NCBI GenBank assembly: GCA_040384865.1
Contig: JAZKIM010000004.1
Location: 75,974-139,973, forward strand
Reading direction: 5' to 3'
Origin: Patescibacteria group bacterium
GTDB lineage: Bacteria > Patescibacteriota > Minisyncoccia > Phycocordibacterales > CAIZLB01
Length of the DNA: 64,000 nt
Positions 53,798 through 63,982 of the stretch are shown here, piece after piece (the stretch's first letter is position 1; each line of letters starts with the position of its first letter). The notes below the pieces were generated by a model. The model was not told the origin of the DNA. It saw only the letters and a program-made list of their open reading frames with translations, and made no database searches. The position numbers were made by a program, and so were the translations under genes.

Positions 53798-54934
53798 ATG
53801 CCAAATTTTCTTCAAAATTTTCTAAAGAAAACAAGCGACAGTGTCGTTGGTATTGATATTGGGTCTTCTTCTGTTAAGGTGGTGCAGCTCAGAAAGAAAA
53901 AAGGTCGAGCCGTCCTTGAAACTTATGGGGAGCTTTCTTTAGGTCCCTACGGTGGTCTTACAGTAGGTCAGGTAACCAATCTTCCACCTGAAAAAATAGC
54001 TGAAGCTATAAAAGATGTTCTCCGTGAGGCCAATGTTACTAGTTTGGTGAGCGGGGTATCTATCCCGTTTCGATCAAGCCTCATATCTCTCATCCAGCTT
54101 CCAGCTGGAGCTAATGAAAAACAGCTTCAGGAAATGATTCCCATTGAGGCACGAAAATATATTCCCGTACCTATTAATGAAGTAACTCTCGATTGGTGGG
54201 TGGTGCCAAGTGAGACTGACAGCGGTCTTGGATATGTTGAAAGCGAAACAGACGAATTGACGACAACCACTCCTTCAAATGAGATTAAAAAGACTGATGT
54301 ACTGGTTGTTTCTATCCATAACGAAGTACTTAGTAATTACAACGCGATTGTTAAACAAGCCGCTCTTGATGCTGGTTTCTTTGAGATTGAAATGTTTAGC
54401 GCTACACGTTCACTCCTTGCAGGAGAGACAACCCCTATCATGATTTTTGATCTTGGTGCCTCTGCAACGAAGATATATATTCTCGAGCGGGGAGTGGTAA
54501 AATATTCTCATATTATTAACCGCGGTTCACAGGATATAACAGTCAGTATTTCAAAAGGTCTCAATCTAACGTTTGAGCAGGCAGAACATATTAAACGAAC
54601 TTTAGGCACAGGTGTTACCGCTGATGAAAAAGCTGTGTACGATATAATCTCACTTACCCTCGACTTTATTTTCTCAGAAGCAAATAGTGTAATCCTCAAT
54701 TATCAAAAGCGATATAATAAGGCAATTAGTAAGGTCGTGCTCACTGGTGGCGGGGTTGCTATGAAGGGAGTGTTCGAGCTTGCCCGAGCAAACTTTCAGA
54801 CAGAAGTAGCGATTGGTGAGCCTTTTCTTAAGGTGGAGTCTCCGGCTTTTCTTGACGACGTACTCAAAGCTACTGGCTTAGAGTTTGCTGTTGCTATTGG
54901 TATCGCATTGCGAAAACTTCAGGAACTTCCATAA
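53798..54934 (+). CDS. pilM: Type IV pilus assembly protein PilM (actin-like ATPase fold)
   Basis: VVGIDIGSSSVKVVQL N-terminus; 378 aa; heads the pilMNO-pilB cluster. Confidence 0.85.
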   Translation: MPNFLQNFLKKTSDSVVGIDIGSSSVKVVQLRKKKGRAVLETYGELSLGPYGGLTVGQVTNLPPEKIAEAIKDVLREANVTSLVSGVSIPFRSSLISLIQLPAGANEKQLQEMIPIEARKYIPVPINEVTLDWWVVPSETDSGLGYVESETDELTTTTPSNEIKKTDVLVVSIHNEVLSNYNAIVKQAALDAGFFEIEMFSATRSLLAGETTPIMIFDLGASATKIYILERGVVKYSHIINRGSQDITVSISKGLNLTFEQAEHIKRTLGTGVTADEKAVYDIISLTLDFIFSEANSVILNYQKRYNKAISKVVLTGGGVAMKGVFELARANFQTEVAIGEPFLKVESPAFLDDVLKATGLEFAVAIGIALRKLQELP

Positions 54935-55019
54935 TTGAGATATACACAAAAAGTTGAAAACTTTGTTGAAGTTAAGCGACGCAAGGTGATATACTAATCA
55001 TTGAAAACTTCTTACGTAC

Positions 55020-55685
55020 ATGGAGACAAAATTCCAAACATCTTTTATCCCAAAACAACCGGTTACTGAAACCCGTGTTCACAGTTCAGGTGGAAATTTT
55101 TTCTTCCTCGTCTCCTTTATCCTCTTTATGGTAAGTGTTGCTATTGCTGGTGCCGCCTTTCTCTATGATCAATTGGTAGAAAACAATATCTCGAAGGGTA
55201 ACGCTCAGCTTCGGTTGAACGAAAACGCCTTTGATTCAACTACTATTCAGCAGCTTACCCGTCTTAACGATCGCATCAATGCCGCTCAGAACCTTTTGCG
55301 CCAGCATATTGCCTTCTCTAATTTCTTCGGTGCTCTTGAGCGAGCTACTTTGCGAAATGTTGTGTATAAGAACTTCAGCTATGCTTACGGCGGAGGTGAA
55401 AAAATATCTATTTCCATGCTTGGTCTTGCTGGACGGGGTCCTGCCAGTAGCTACGAAACAGTAGCTCTTCAGGCAAAGGCATTTACTGACCCGTCACTTC
55501 GAAATGTTTTTCGTAGTCCTATTCTTACTGACGTAGCTCTTGATGCACAAGGGAACGCCAGTTTCTCATTCTCGGCATCAATCGATCCTATTCTTGTTTC
55601 TTTCTACAGACTCCGAAAGGAAGAAGCTGCAGCAGCCGGTGCTGTTGTAGATACCGACGATGAAGCTAATTCTCCGCAACAATAA
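55020..55685 (+). CDS. PilN-like bitopic membrane protein
   Basis: Single N-terminal TM helix then periplasmic domain; position after pilM. Confidence 0.5.
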   Translation: METKFQTSFIPKQPVTETRVHSSGGNFFFLVSFILFMVSVAIAGAAFLYDQLVENNISKGNAQLRLNENAFDSTTIQQLTRLNDRINAAQNLLRQHIAFSNFFGALERATLRNVVYKNFSYAYGGGEKISISMLGLAGRGPASSYETVALQAKAFTDPSLRNVFRSPILTDVALDAQGNASFSFSASIDPILVSFYRLRKEEAAAAGAVVDTDDEANSPQQ

Positions 55686-56223
55686 TATGAAATTTATATT
55701 TCCCATACTATTCATAATCGTAGCCGTAGGTATCTTTATTGGCTACACCAACCCTTTGTATCAGGAGATTAAGGCGAAGCAGGTAGAGCTCAATACTATC
55801 GCGGAGGCTAACAAAAAAGCGACACAGTTACGTGCAGTCCGAGAGTCATTGACTAATGAGCGTAATCAAATATCTCAGGTTGATATTGACCGCCTCCAGA
55901 AAATGCTTCCAGACGGGGTTGAAAACGTTCGTCTCATTATCGATATTAATAACATTGCTGCTAAATATGGCATGACTATTAAGAGTACTCGAACTAATCA
56001 AGGGTCGGTTGATAAGGGTGGGGCAGTTGGCCCAGATGCCAATCGGTACGGTACGATCTCTCTTTCGTTTATGGTTACCAATTCATATGAAAATTTCCAG
56101 GTGTTCCTTAAGGATCTTGAGAACAGCCTCCGTATTGTTGATGTAACAGCTCTGTCATTCAATTCTTCGAATGAGAACAAGTATGACTTCAACGTTACGA
56201 TTCAAACTTATTGGTTAAAATAA
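55660..56223 (+). CDS. PilO-like bitopic membrane protein
   Basis: N-terminal TM (IFPILFIIVAVGIFIGY) followed by coiled-coil; position. Confidence 0.5.
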   Translation: MKLILRNNNMKFIFPILFIIVAVGIFIGYTNPLYQEIKAKQVELNTIAEANKKATQLRAVRESLTNERNQISQVDIDRLQKMLPDGVENVRLIIDINNIAAKYGMTIKSTRTNQGSVDKGGAVGPDANRYGTISLSFMVTNSYENFQVFLKDLENSLRIVDVTALSFNSSNENKYDFNVTIQTYWLK

Positions 56224-56672
56224 TACCCATGCTTTCAATAATCTCATCGCATAAAAAAACCATCATCGGGATCATAATCATAGTCCTTTTGTTTATTGGC
56301 TACGCTGCTTTTGTTCCAAAGAGTTCTTCGCCGGACGGTACACTTACTCGACAGAATACGACAGGTAATACTGGTACGGCTTCTGATCCAAACAGTCCTG
56401 GTGCACAATTTGTGTCCCAGCTTTTGGCAATACAAAATATTCATTTCAATCTCGATCTGTTCAAGGATCCTGCTTATGCATATTTGCAGGATTTCAGTCG
56501 AGAGCTTACACCACAGGAAGTGGGAAGGGATAATCCTTTTGCGCCACTTGAGGGTGGTTCTGGGTCTGGTAATTTTGTAACTGAGTCAGGTGCTTCCTTC
56601 GTCAATACCTCTGAAGGCACTACTTCTGTGAAAACCCCAGCAAAGACAACAGGCGGTGCAACTCGTCGGTAA
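56211..56672 (+). CDS. Hypothetical pilus-assembly accessory protein (PilP-like position)
   Basis: 153 aa, N-terminal TM; Thr/Ser/Gly-rich; positional inference only. Confidence 0.35.
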   Translation: MVKIIPMLSIISSHKKTIIGIIIIVLLFIGYAAFVPKSSSPDGTLTRQNTTGNTGTASDPNSPGAQFVSQLLAIQNIHFNLDLFKDPAYAYLQDFSRELTPQEVGRDNPFAPLEGGSGSGNFVTESGASFVNTSEGTTSVKTPAKTTGGATRR

Positions 56673-56685
56673 TAACTGATGTAGC

Positions 56686-58407
56686 ATGAGTTTTCTAGAC
56701 ATACTTGCAAAACAAAATACGATTACCCGCGATGATGTCGGTTTCATCATGCAGGAGGCGGAAAGTTCTCATCGCCCGATAGAAGATATACTTCGTGATA
56801 AAGGTATTTCACCGCAAATTATCATCAAGGCTAAGGGTGAGTACTTGCATATCCCGACAAAATCTCTTGGAGACAAGCAGGTACCTTTTGAAATTCTTAA
56901 ATATATTCCTGAAGAATCAGCTACTCATTATAAGATTGTGCCACTGGAAGTAGTCGACGGAGTTCTTGAAGTTGGAGTGGTTGATCCTGACAATATCGAG
57001 GCACGAGATGCTCTTAATTTTATTTCCGAGAAAATGGGAATGCCTTTCAGGGTCTTTATTATTTCGGAAGAGGACTTTCAGAGCGTCCTCAGTACTTATA
57101 AAGGTCTTACTGGGGAAGTAACGAAGGCACTTGGAGTACTTGAGGATGAAATGACTGGTATTGCTGATGTGGAATTGTCGAAAGACGAGGAGTTGGTGCC
57201 TCAGAAAAGTGGTACGGCAAATATCATTGAGGATGCGCCAGTTACCAAGATTGTAGCCACTATTCTTCGCTATGCTATTGAAGGAGGGGCATCTGACGTT
57301 CATATTGAAGCTATGCGTGAAAAGATACGAGTACGATTTCGAATGGACGGTATCCTTTCCACCAGTCTTATTCTTCCGGCAAAAGTGCATGATGCTGTGG
57401 TCGCGCGTATTAAAATCCTTTGTAATATGAAGCTTGATGAAAAGCGAAAGCCTCAAGACGGTCGTTTTTCTGCCCGTATCGATGATCGAAAGATAGACTT
57501 CCGAGTTTCTACTTTCCCTGCCTACTATGGAGAGAAGGTGGTGATGCGAATTCTCGACCAACAAAAGGGTGTGGAAAAGCTTGATTTGATAGGCTTCTCG
57601 CAGAAGAACTTAGCGATGATCAAGAAAGCGATTAATAAACCTTATGGATTGATTCTCATCTCTGGTCCGACAGGGTCTGGTAAAACAACAACCCTCTACT
57701 CCATGCTTAATGAGCTTGATATGGAAGAACTTAACGTTCTCTCTCTTGAGGATCCGGTGGAATACAATATTGATGGTATGAGTCAGTCACAGGTACATCC
57801 TGAAATTGGTTACTCGTTTGCTACTGGTCTCCGTACCACCCTTCGACAAGATCCTGACGTTATCATGGTAGGAGAAATTCGAGACAAGGAAACGGCACAG
57901 CTTGCCATTCAAGCAGCTCTTACTGGTCACCTTGTGCTTTCGACTATTCACACCAATGACTCCGTCGGTATCGTTCCTCGTCTTATCGATATGGGTGTTG
58001 ATCCCTACCTTATTGCACCGACTCTCATTCTCGGTATGGCCCAGCGACTTCTCGGTAAGGCAGCTCCTGAAGCTGTTACTACGATTCCAGTCGAGGGAAG
58101 TATTAAGATAATGATTGATAATCAGTTTGCGGACCTCCCGGAGGAATTCAAGAAGGACATACCTGAGATAAAGGAGATTTATCGAATTAATCCTACAGCA
58201 GAGTTCCCACGTGGTACCAAAGGACGACGTGCGGTTTTGGAGGTGTTTGAAATGGATAAGGAATTGGAGCAGGCGATTCTTACTGATCCAACTACTGTAA
58301 ATCTTGGAAAAGTTCTTAGAAAAAAGGGAATGTTTACAATGAAAGAGGACGCCATTATCCAGGCTTTGAACAAGATTATTCCATTCGAAGAAGTGAATAA
58401 AGTATAG
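56686..58407 (+). CDS. pilB: Type IV pilus assembly ATPase PilB (GspE family)
   Basis: Walker A LISGPTGSGKTTTLYS, Asp box, Walker B, His box; 573 aa. Confidence 0.9.
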   Translation: MSFLDILAKQNTITRDDVGFIMQEAESSHRPIEDILRDKGISPQIIIKAKGEYLHIPTKSLGDKQVPFEILKYIPEESATHYKIVPLEVVDGVLEVGVVDPDNIEARDALNFISEKMGMPFRVFIISEEDFQSVLSTYKGLTGEVTKALGVLEDEMTGIADVELSKDEELVPQKSGTANIIEDAPVTKIVATILRYAIEGGASDVHIEAMREKIRVRFRMDGILSTSLILPAKVHDAVVARIKILCNMKLDEKRKPQDGRFSARIDDRKIDFRVSTFPAYYGEKVVMRILDQQKGVEKLDLIGFSQKNLAMIKKAINKPYGLILISGPTGSGKTTTLYSMLNELDMEELNVLSLEDPVEYNIDGMSQSQVHPEIGYSFATGLRTTLRQDPDVIMVGEIRDKETAQLAIQAALTGHLVLSTIHTNDSVGIVPRLIDMGVDPYLIAPTLILGMAQRLLGKAAPEAVTTIPVEGSIKIMIDNQFADLPEEFKKDIPEIKEIYRINPTAEFPRGTKGRRAVLEVFEMDKELEQAILTDPTTVNLGKVLRKKGMFTMKEDAIIQALNKIIPFEEVNKV

Positions 58408-58441
58408 CGTTTGAAAGAACGCTCTGTGTTACAATAAAATC

Positions 58442-58846
58442 ATGAACGGAGACCATCCTTATAAAATATTAATTGTTGATGATGATAAGTTTCTTCTGAA
58501 TATGTATTCCATCAAATTTCAGAAGGAGAAATTTGATGTGACAACAGCGGGAGATGGGGCGGAAGCTGTAGCAAAGCTTCAAAGCGGATTTTTACCTGAC
58601 GCGATCGTTCTTGATATTGTTATGCCGATCATGGATGGCCTTGAGGTTTTGGAAAAGATGCGTCAGGAGGGCTTGGCTAAAAATGCGGTGGTACTAATCC
58701 TTAGCAACCAAGGTCAATCGAGCGATATTGAAAAAGCAAAGAGGCTTGGTATCAATGGGTATATCGTTAAGGCAACAACTATTCCCTCTGAAGTGGTTAC
58801 GGAAGTCCTCCGTATGCTTAGCAGTAATACAAAATCTAAAGCATAA
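58442..58846 (+). CDS. Stand-alone response-regulator receiver (CheY/PilH-like)
   Basis: 134 aa REC domain (ILIVDDD ... D in LDIVMP ... K in YIVKA). Confidence 0.8.
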   Translation: MNGDHPYKILIVDDDKFLLNMYSIKFQKEKFDVTTAGDGAEAVAKLQSGFLPDAIVLDIVMPIMDGLEVLEKMRQEGLAKNAVVLILSNQGQSSDIEKAKRLGINGYIVKATTIPSEVVTEVLRMLSSNTKSKA

Positions 58847-58858
58847 TTACATTTATAT

Positions 58859-59920
58859 ATGAACTACGATACTGAACTCGAGGATTTACTAAATACAGTG
58901 GTGACACAAGGAGCTTCTGACCTTCATCTTTCTGAAGGCCGACATCCGACACTTCGAAGTAATAGCGAACTGTTGCCGTTGGGGAAGAAACCTGTTCTCA
59001 CTCATGATGATCTTGCTGGTCTTATCTTGACCCTTGCTGGTAAGGAAAATTACGATCGATTCCTCAAGACAAAGGAGCTCGACTTTTCATATCAGTACAA
59101 GGACGTTGCACGTTTCCGAGGAAACGCCTTCTTTCAGAGGGGACATATGGGCGCAGCATTGCGACTCATCCCAAAAAAGATCAAAACATTTTCTGAGCTA
59201 AATTTACCTCCATTTCTTGAAAACTTTACTCGAAAATCTCAGGGATTCTTTTTGGTGGTAGGACCCGTTGGACAGGGAAAAACAACAACACTAGCTTCAA
59301 TGATTGAGCTTATTAATAACGAACGCACTGAACATATCATAACTATTGAAGATCCTATTGAATATGTGTTCGAACAGAAGAAATCGATCATTGACCAAAG
59401 AGAGGTACGTATCGATACTGAAACATTTGAATCCGGACTACTTTCAGTTTTTCGAGAGGACGTAAATGTTATTTTGTTGGGTGAAATGCGAGGGCACGAA
59501 ACAATGGCTGCTGCAGTAACAGCCGCTGAAACTGGTCACTTAGTGCTTTCAACACTGCATACGAATAATGCCGCGCAGACTATTGATCGTATTATTGACT
59601 CATTTCCTGCTGCTCAACAGGACCAGATCCGTATACAGCTTTCATCGTCACTCACTGGTATTTTCTCACAAAGACTCATTCCTCGTATTTCTGGCGGACT
59701 CATCCCTGCGTATGAATTGCTTATTTCAAACAGTGCTGTTGCTAATCTTATTCGAGAAAAAAGAACTCATGAGATAAATACAGTAATTGAGACCGGTCAA
59801 CAAGAGGGGATGATCGACTTCAATCGATGCCTTGCCGATCTTGTACGACGAGGTGAAATCACTATTGAAAATGCCTACCAGCACTCGCTTAACCCAGCTA
59901 TTCTTGAACGTTTGTTATAA
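58859..59920 (+). CDS. pilT: Twitching-motility retraction ATPase PilT
   Basis: 353 aa; Walker A VVGPVGQGKTTTLASM; PilT-type C-terminus. Confidence 0.9.
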   Translation: MNYDTELEDLLNTVVTQGASDLHLSEGRHPTLRSNSELLPLGKKPVLTHDDLAGLILTLAGKENYDRFLKTKELDFSYQYKDVARFRGNAFFQRGHMGAALRLIPKKIKTFSELNLPPFLENFTRKSQGFFLVVGPVGQGKTTTLASMIELINNERTEHIITIEDPIEYVFEQKKSIIDQREVRIDTETFESGLLSVFREDVNVILLGEMRGHETMAAAVTAAETGHLVLSTLHTNNAAQTIDRIIDSFPAAQQDQIRIQLSSSLTGIFSQRLIPRISGGLIPAYELLISNSAVANLIREKRTHEINTVIETGQQEGMIDFNRCLADLVRRGEITIENAYQHSLNPAILERLL

Positions 59921-59930
59921 AAATTGAACT

Positions 59931-61139
59931 ATGTTATTTCTTTACAAAGTAATTAATGAAAAAGGACAGGAGAGTGAGGGGTCGATCGACGCGGTAAATG
60001 TCGATGTAGCTATTAATTCACTCCAACGAAGAGGTTTAGTCATCTCCTCTATCCATGAAGCAGAGTCTAAAGGCGGCATACTTAGTCGAAACATCGCTTT
60101 TTTTGACCGCGTCTCGAACAAAGACGTTGTTATTCTTTCACGGCAGATGTCGACGCTTTTCACTGCGCAGGTGTCAGCGCTCCGTATCTTCAAACTGCTT
60201 GCCTCTGAAACTGAAAATCACACCCTGGGTAAACATTTAACAGAAGTGGCGGATGATATTCAAGGAGGAAATACTATTTCAGGGTCTCTCGCTAAACATC
60301 CAAAGGTATTCAGTTCTTTCTATGTGAACATGGTTAAGGCTGGTGAGGAATCAGGTAAGCTTGATGAAACCTTTACCTTTCTTGCGGACTACCTCGATCG
60401 AAACTACGAAGTAACTTCAAAGGTAAAAAATGCCCTTATCTATCCAGCTTTCGTTATCAGTACTTTTATTGCTGTGATGGCCCTCATGTTAACGGTGGTT
60501 ATTCCAAAAATCAGTACTATTATTACAAGTTCCGGACAAGAGGTTCCTATTTATACCAAGGTCGTTATTGCTACTAGTAACATATTGGTAGATTTCGGCC
60601 CTCTTATTCTCATCTTATTGATCATTGGTATTATTGTATTTATTCGTTTTGCGCAAACGGAGGCGGGTAAGAATTCTTTAGCTCACGCTAAGATAACCAC
60701 CCCTTATTTTGGCAATCTGTACAGGAAATTATATTTATCTCGTATATCCGATAACCTCGATACACAGCTGAGCTCAGGTATTCCAATGATAAAGGCACTG
60801 GAACTTACCGCAGCGGTGGTTGATAATAATATTTATGAAGATGTTCTCAAGGATATTACTGAACAGGTGAAGGGCGGGCTATCTCTTTCAGATGCTTCTT
60901 CTCGACACTCGGAAATTCCGAGTATTATGGTGCAAATGATGAAGATTGGTGAAGAAACAGGAGAGCTCGGTAGTATCTTGAAGACACTTGCTAAGTTCTA
61001 TCAGCGAGAGGTGGTGAATGCGGTGGATACTCTTGTTGATCTTATCGAACCGTTAATGATCGTACTCCTCGGTCTTGGCGTTGGTTTCCTCCTTGCTTCT
61101 GTCCTTATTCCTATCTACAACATCTCCTCAAGTATTTAA
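59931..61139 (+). CDS. pilC: Type IV pilus platform protein PilC (GspF family)
   Basis: 402 aa with two GspF repeats and 3 TM segments. Confidence 0.9.
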   Translation: MLFLYKVINEKGQESEGSIDAVNVDVAINSLQRRGLVISSIHEAESKGGILSRNIAFFDRVSNKDVVILSRQMSTLFTAQVSALRIFKLLASETENHTLGKHLTEVADDIQGGNTISGSLAKHPKVFSSFYVNMVKAGEESGKLDETFTFLADYLDRNYEVTSKVKNALIYPAFVISTFIAVMALMLTVVIPKISTIITSSGQEVPIYTKVVIATSNILVDFGPLILILLIIGIIVFIRFAQTEAGKNSLAHAKITTPYFGNLYRKLYLSRISDNLDTQLSSGIPMIKALELTAAVVDNNIYEDVLKDITEQVKGGLSLSDASSRHSEIPSIMVQMMKIGEETGELGSILKTLAKFYQREVVNAVDTLVDLIEPLMIVLLGLGVGFLLASVLIPIYNISSSI

Positions 61140-61282
61140 TCGAATACTAACGATTAATTGTTATCCACAAGCTATACGTGGGTTTTGGATAAATCTAGTA
61201 TAATGAGGCTACGTTTTTGGTCTGTCGAAGACCAAGGATTAGTAAGTTAGAAAGTAATTAATTAATTAGTTTTTATTATTAA

Positions 61283-61741
61283 ATGAAAAAATCTTCACGA
61301 GGTTTCACCCTCATTGAACTCTTGGTGGTTATCGCCATCATCGGTATCCTGTCTTCTGTTGTCTTGGCTTCTCTCACATCAGCCCGATCAAAGGGAACTG
61401 ACGCTGCTATTCAGAGTGAACTCGCAAACATGCGAGCTCAGGCTGAGTTGTATTACAGTTCAAGCGGTGCTAATAGTTACGGTCCTGTAGTTGCTGCTGG
61501 TGCCTGCCCTACATCCTCATCTACTACTGGGAACATGTTCTCTACTACCACAACTGGTGGTCTTTGGAGTCTTGTTAGCGATCTTGAGACAAAGGCTTTC
61601 GGTGGTGCAACAAAGGCACACTGTCAGTCAACAGGTACAGCTTGGGCGGTTACAGCTTCAACAACAAACGGTCAGACATGGTGTGTTGACAGCGCGGGTA
61701 ACTCAAAGCAGGGATCACAGACAGCTGCTGTTTGTAACTAA
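61283..61741 (+). CDS. Type IV (major) pilin
   Basis: Class III signal MKKSSRG|FTLIELLVVIAIIGIL with Glu5; C-terminal Cys pair. Confidence 0.8.
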   Translation: MKKSSRGFTLIELLVVIAIIGILSSVVLASLTSARSKGTDAAIQSELANMRAQAELYYSSSGANSYGPVVAAGACPTSSSTTGNMFSTTTTGGLWSLVSDLETKAFGGATKAHCQSTGTAWAVTASTTNGQTWCVDSAGNSKQGSQTAAVCN

Positions 61742-61771
61742 GTATCAATTTAGTTAGATTTGGTAGATTCC

Positions 61772-61799
61772 AAAAACCGGCCACGTGGCCGGTTTTTGT
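61772..61799 (+). terminator. Rho-independent terminator after the pilin gene
   Basis: AAAAACCGGCCACGTGGCCGGTTTTTG palindrome with T-tract. Confidence 0.75.
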
Positions 61800-61819
61800 T
61801 TTGGTGAGAAAGAAGGTGC

Positions 61820-62692
61820 ATGTATAATAGGGATATGAATGTTTTCTTTGTGGTGGCCATATTTATTCTCGGAACGATCATTGGAAGTTTTCTCAACGTT
61901 GTTCTCTATCGTTATAACACTGGAAAGGGTATTGGTGGACGATCGCAGTGCTTTTCGTGTCGACGAACACTGACATGGATAGACTTGGTACCAGTATTTT
62001 CATATCTATTCCTTGGTGGTAAGTGCAGAAGTTGTCGCAGTAAGATTTCCATGCAATATCCTGCCGTAGAATTGCTTACTGGAATTCTCTTTGTCGCATC
62101 TTATCTTATCGATGCGCATCTCTTTTTGTTGGCACCGACAATGTTTCTGTATGAATTGATATATCACCTAATTGTCATGTCTTTTCTCGTGCTTATTATT
62201 GTATATGACATAAAGCATAAGATTATTCCGGATGCTTTTGCTTACAGCTTTGCCCTTGTTGCAGTACTCCACCTCTTTGTTGGTATCGATAGTGGTGGTG
62301 GAATCATCTTATTACAACCGCAAGCATGGGATATGCTCGCTGGTGCTATCCTTGCTTTTCCGTTCTATATCTTGTGGCTCGTCTCTGGAGGTCGATGGAT
62401 GGGGCTGGGTGATGCAAAGCTTGCGCTGGGAATAGGTTGGTTCTTGGGACTGACCGCGGGAATTACAGCAATTGTGGTGAGTTTCTGGATCGGCGCTGCT
62501 ATTTCAATCTTGTTACTACTTGCTATTAAAATGGTGAAGGGATTGCGAAAGGAGGTTTCAGCATCCTTTCGTTCTAAATTGCCATACCTAACCATAAAGA
62601 GTGAAGTGCCATTCGCACCTTTTCTTATTATAGGCCTCCTCAGTGTGTTCTTTTTTAGGTATACTATATTCAGTACTACTTTATTTTTTTAA
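61820..62692 (+). CDS. pilD: Prepilin peptidase (A24 family) PilD
   Basis: N-terminal CxxC pairs (CFSCRRTL...CRSCRSKIS) and polytopic membrane domain; 290 aa. Confidence 0.85.
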   Translation: MYNRDMNVFFVVAIFILGTIIGSFLNVVLYRYNTGKGIGGRSQCFSCRRTLTWIDLVPVFSYLFLGGKCRSCRSKISMQYPAVELLTGILFVASYLIDAHLFLLAPTMFLYELIYHLIVMSFLVLIIVYDIKHKIIPDAFAYSFALVAVLHLFVGIDSGGGIILLQPQAWDMLAGAILAFPFYILWLVSGGRWMGLGDAKLALGIGWFLGLTAGITAIVVSFWIGAAISILLLLAIKMVKGLRKEVSASFRSKLPYLTIKSEVPFAPFLIIGLLSVFFFRYTIFSTTLFF

Positions 62693-62698
62693 ATATCC

Positions 62699-63340
62699 AT
62701 GAAGAGATTTATCTCACATATGTCACGAGGATTTACACTCATTGAACTCATTGTCGTTATTGCGATATTTTCTGTCGTCACATCTATCTCTTTGTTCAAT
62801 CAAGGAAAACTCAACAGCACTATTCTTGTCACTAACCTTGCTTATGAGATTGCTCTTGCGGTGCGAGAAGCTCAGACCTATGGTGTCGGAGTGCGTGCTG
62901 ATGGAACAGGCGGAAGCTTTGAGGGTGGTTATGGTATATCGTTTGATATAAATCGGCCAAATGAGATAATTTTGTTTACGGATACAATTGATTCAAATCA
63001 TTTGGTTGATGAAGGGGAGGAGGTGTCGACCATGTTGATACAAAATCAGCGAGGAAATAAAATTGTAGCCATTTGTCGGGGTGCGGTATCTAATCCAAAG
63101 TGTATGACTGGCAGTGAGCACAATGTTACTCTTTTGAATATTATTTTCCGAAGACCAAATCCTGAAGCCGTTTTTCTTTCATCTAATGGTAGCGGACAAA
63201 CAAGTGATGATGCCGCAGGACCAGCGTATATTGTCGTGAATACTCCTGCTGGAAACAATTGCCGAGTTATAATCGTAGAAAAGACCGGTCAGATTCGTGT
63301 GGACAACGGCTCGTCCGGTCTTTGCGATAATGGATCTTAA
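62699..63340 (+). CDS. Minor pilin / pseudopilin
   Basis: RGFTLIELIVVIAIFSV prepilin signal; 213 aa. Confidence 0.6.
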   Translation: MKRFISHMSRGFTLIELIVVIAIFSVVTSISLFNQGKLNSTILVTNLAYEIALAVREAQTYGVGVRADGTGGSFEGGYGISFDINRPNEIILFTDTIDSNHLVDEGEEVSTMLIQNQRGNKIVAICRGAVSNPKCMTGSEHNVTLLNIIFRRPNPEAVFLSSNGSGQTSDDAAGPAYIVVNTPAGNNCRVIIVEKTGQIRVDNGSSGLCDNGS

Positions 63341-63382
63341 TATATGCACCATATGTCACATTACCCTCTGGTTTCCAAATAT

Positions 63383-63982
63383 ATGAAAAAAGTATCATCA
63401 CAAAAAGGTTTTACTCTTATTGAGATGCTCGTGTCGGTGGCTCTCTTTACTATTGTCATGACCGTCGGGCTTGGTGTCATCTTAAGTGTGGTTGAAGGGA
63501 ACAAGAAGACACAGTCGATTAACTCGGTGGTAAACAATCTCAATTCAAGTATTGATAGTATGGTGCGAGATATGAAGACAGGTCTTTGGTATAAATGTGA
63601 TGCCAACCTTCCTGTATTGCCTGGTGTGTCTACTTGTACGGATTCATCCGTATCAACTCCTGTGCTTAGCTTTATCTCTACTATTTCTGGAGGAGAGAGG
63701 AGTGTTAGTTATCATTTCGTTCCGTCGAATATAAATGGTACACCTGGTTATATCGAAAAAACGAGCTGTTCTGCCGCTGGTGTTTGTGATGCCGTTCCTA
63801 CTCGCATCACTTCTCCAGAAGTAAATATCACAGATATGCGTATGTACGTGAAATCTGGATTGAGTGGAGTAGATCAGCCGGGTATTCTGCTTATTATCGG
63901 AGGTACAGCTAAGATTAATCCTGCGACTGTTTCAAACTTTTATCTTCAAACCTTTGTTTCTCGTCGCGTTCTCAATATTTAA
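63383..63982 (+). CDS. Minor pilin / pseudopilin
   Basis: MKKVSSQKGFTLIEMLVSVALFTIV prepilin signal (internal Met of ORF 63344..63982). Confidence 0.6.
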   Translation: MKKVSSQKGFTLIEMLVSVALFTIVMTVGLGVILSVVEGNKKTQSINSVVNNLNSSIDSMVRDMKTGLWYKCDANLPVLPGVSTCTDSSVSTPVLSFISTISGGERSVSYHFVPSNINGTPGYIEKTSCSAAGVCDAVPTRITSPEVNITDMRMYVKSGLSGVDQPGILLIIGGTAKINPATVSNFYLQTFVSRRVLNI

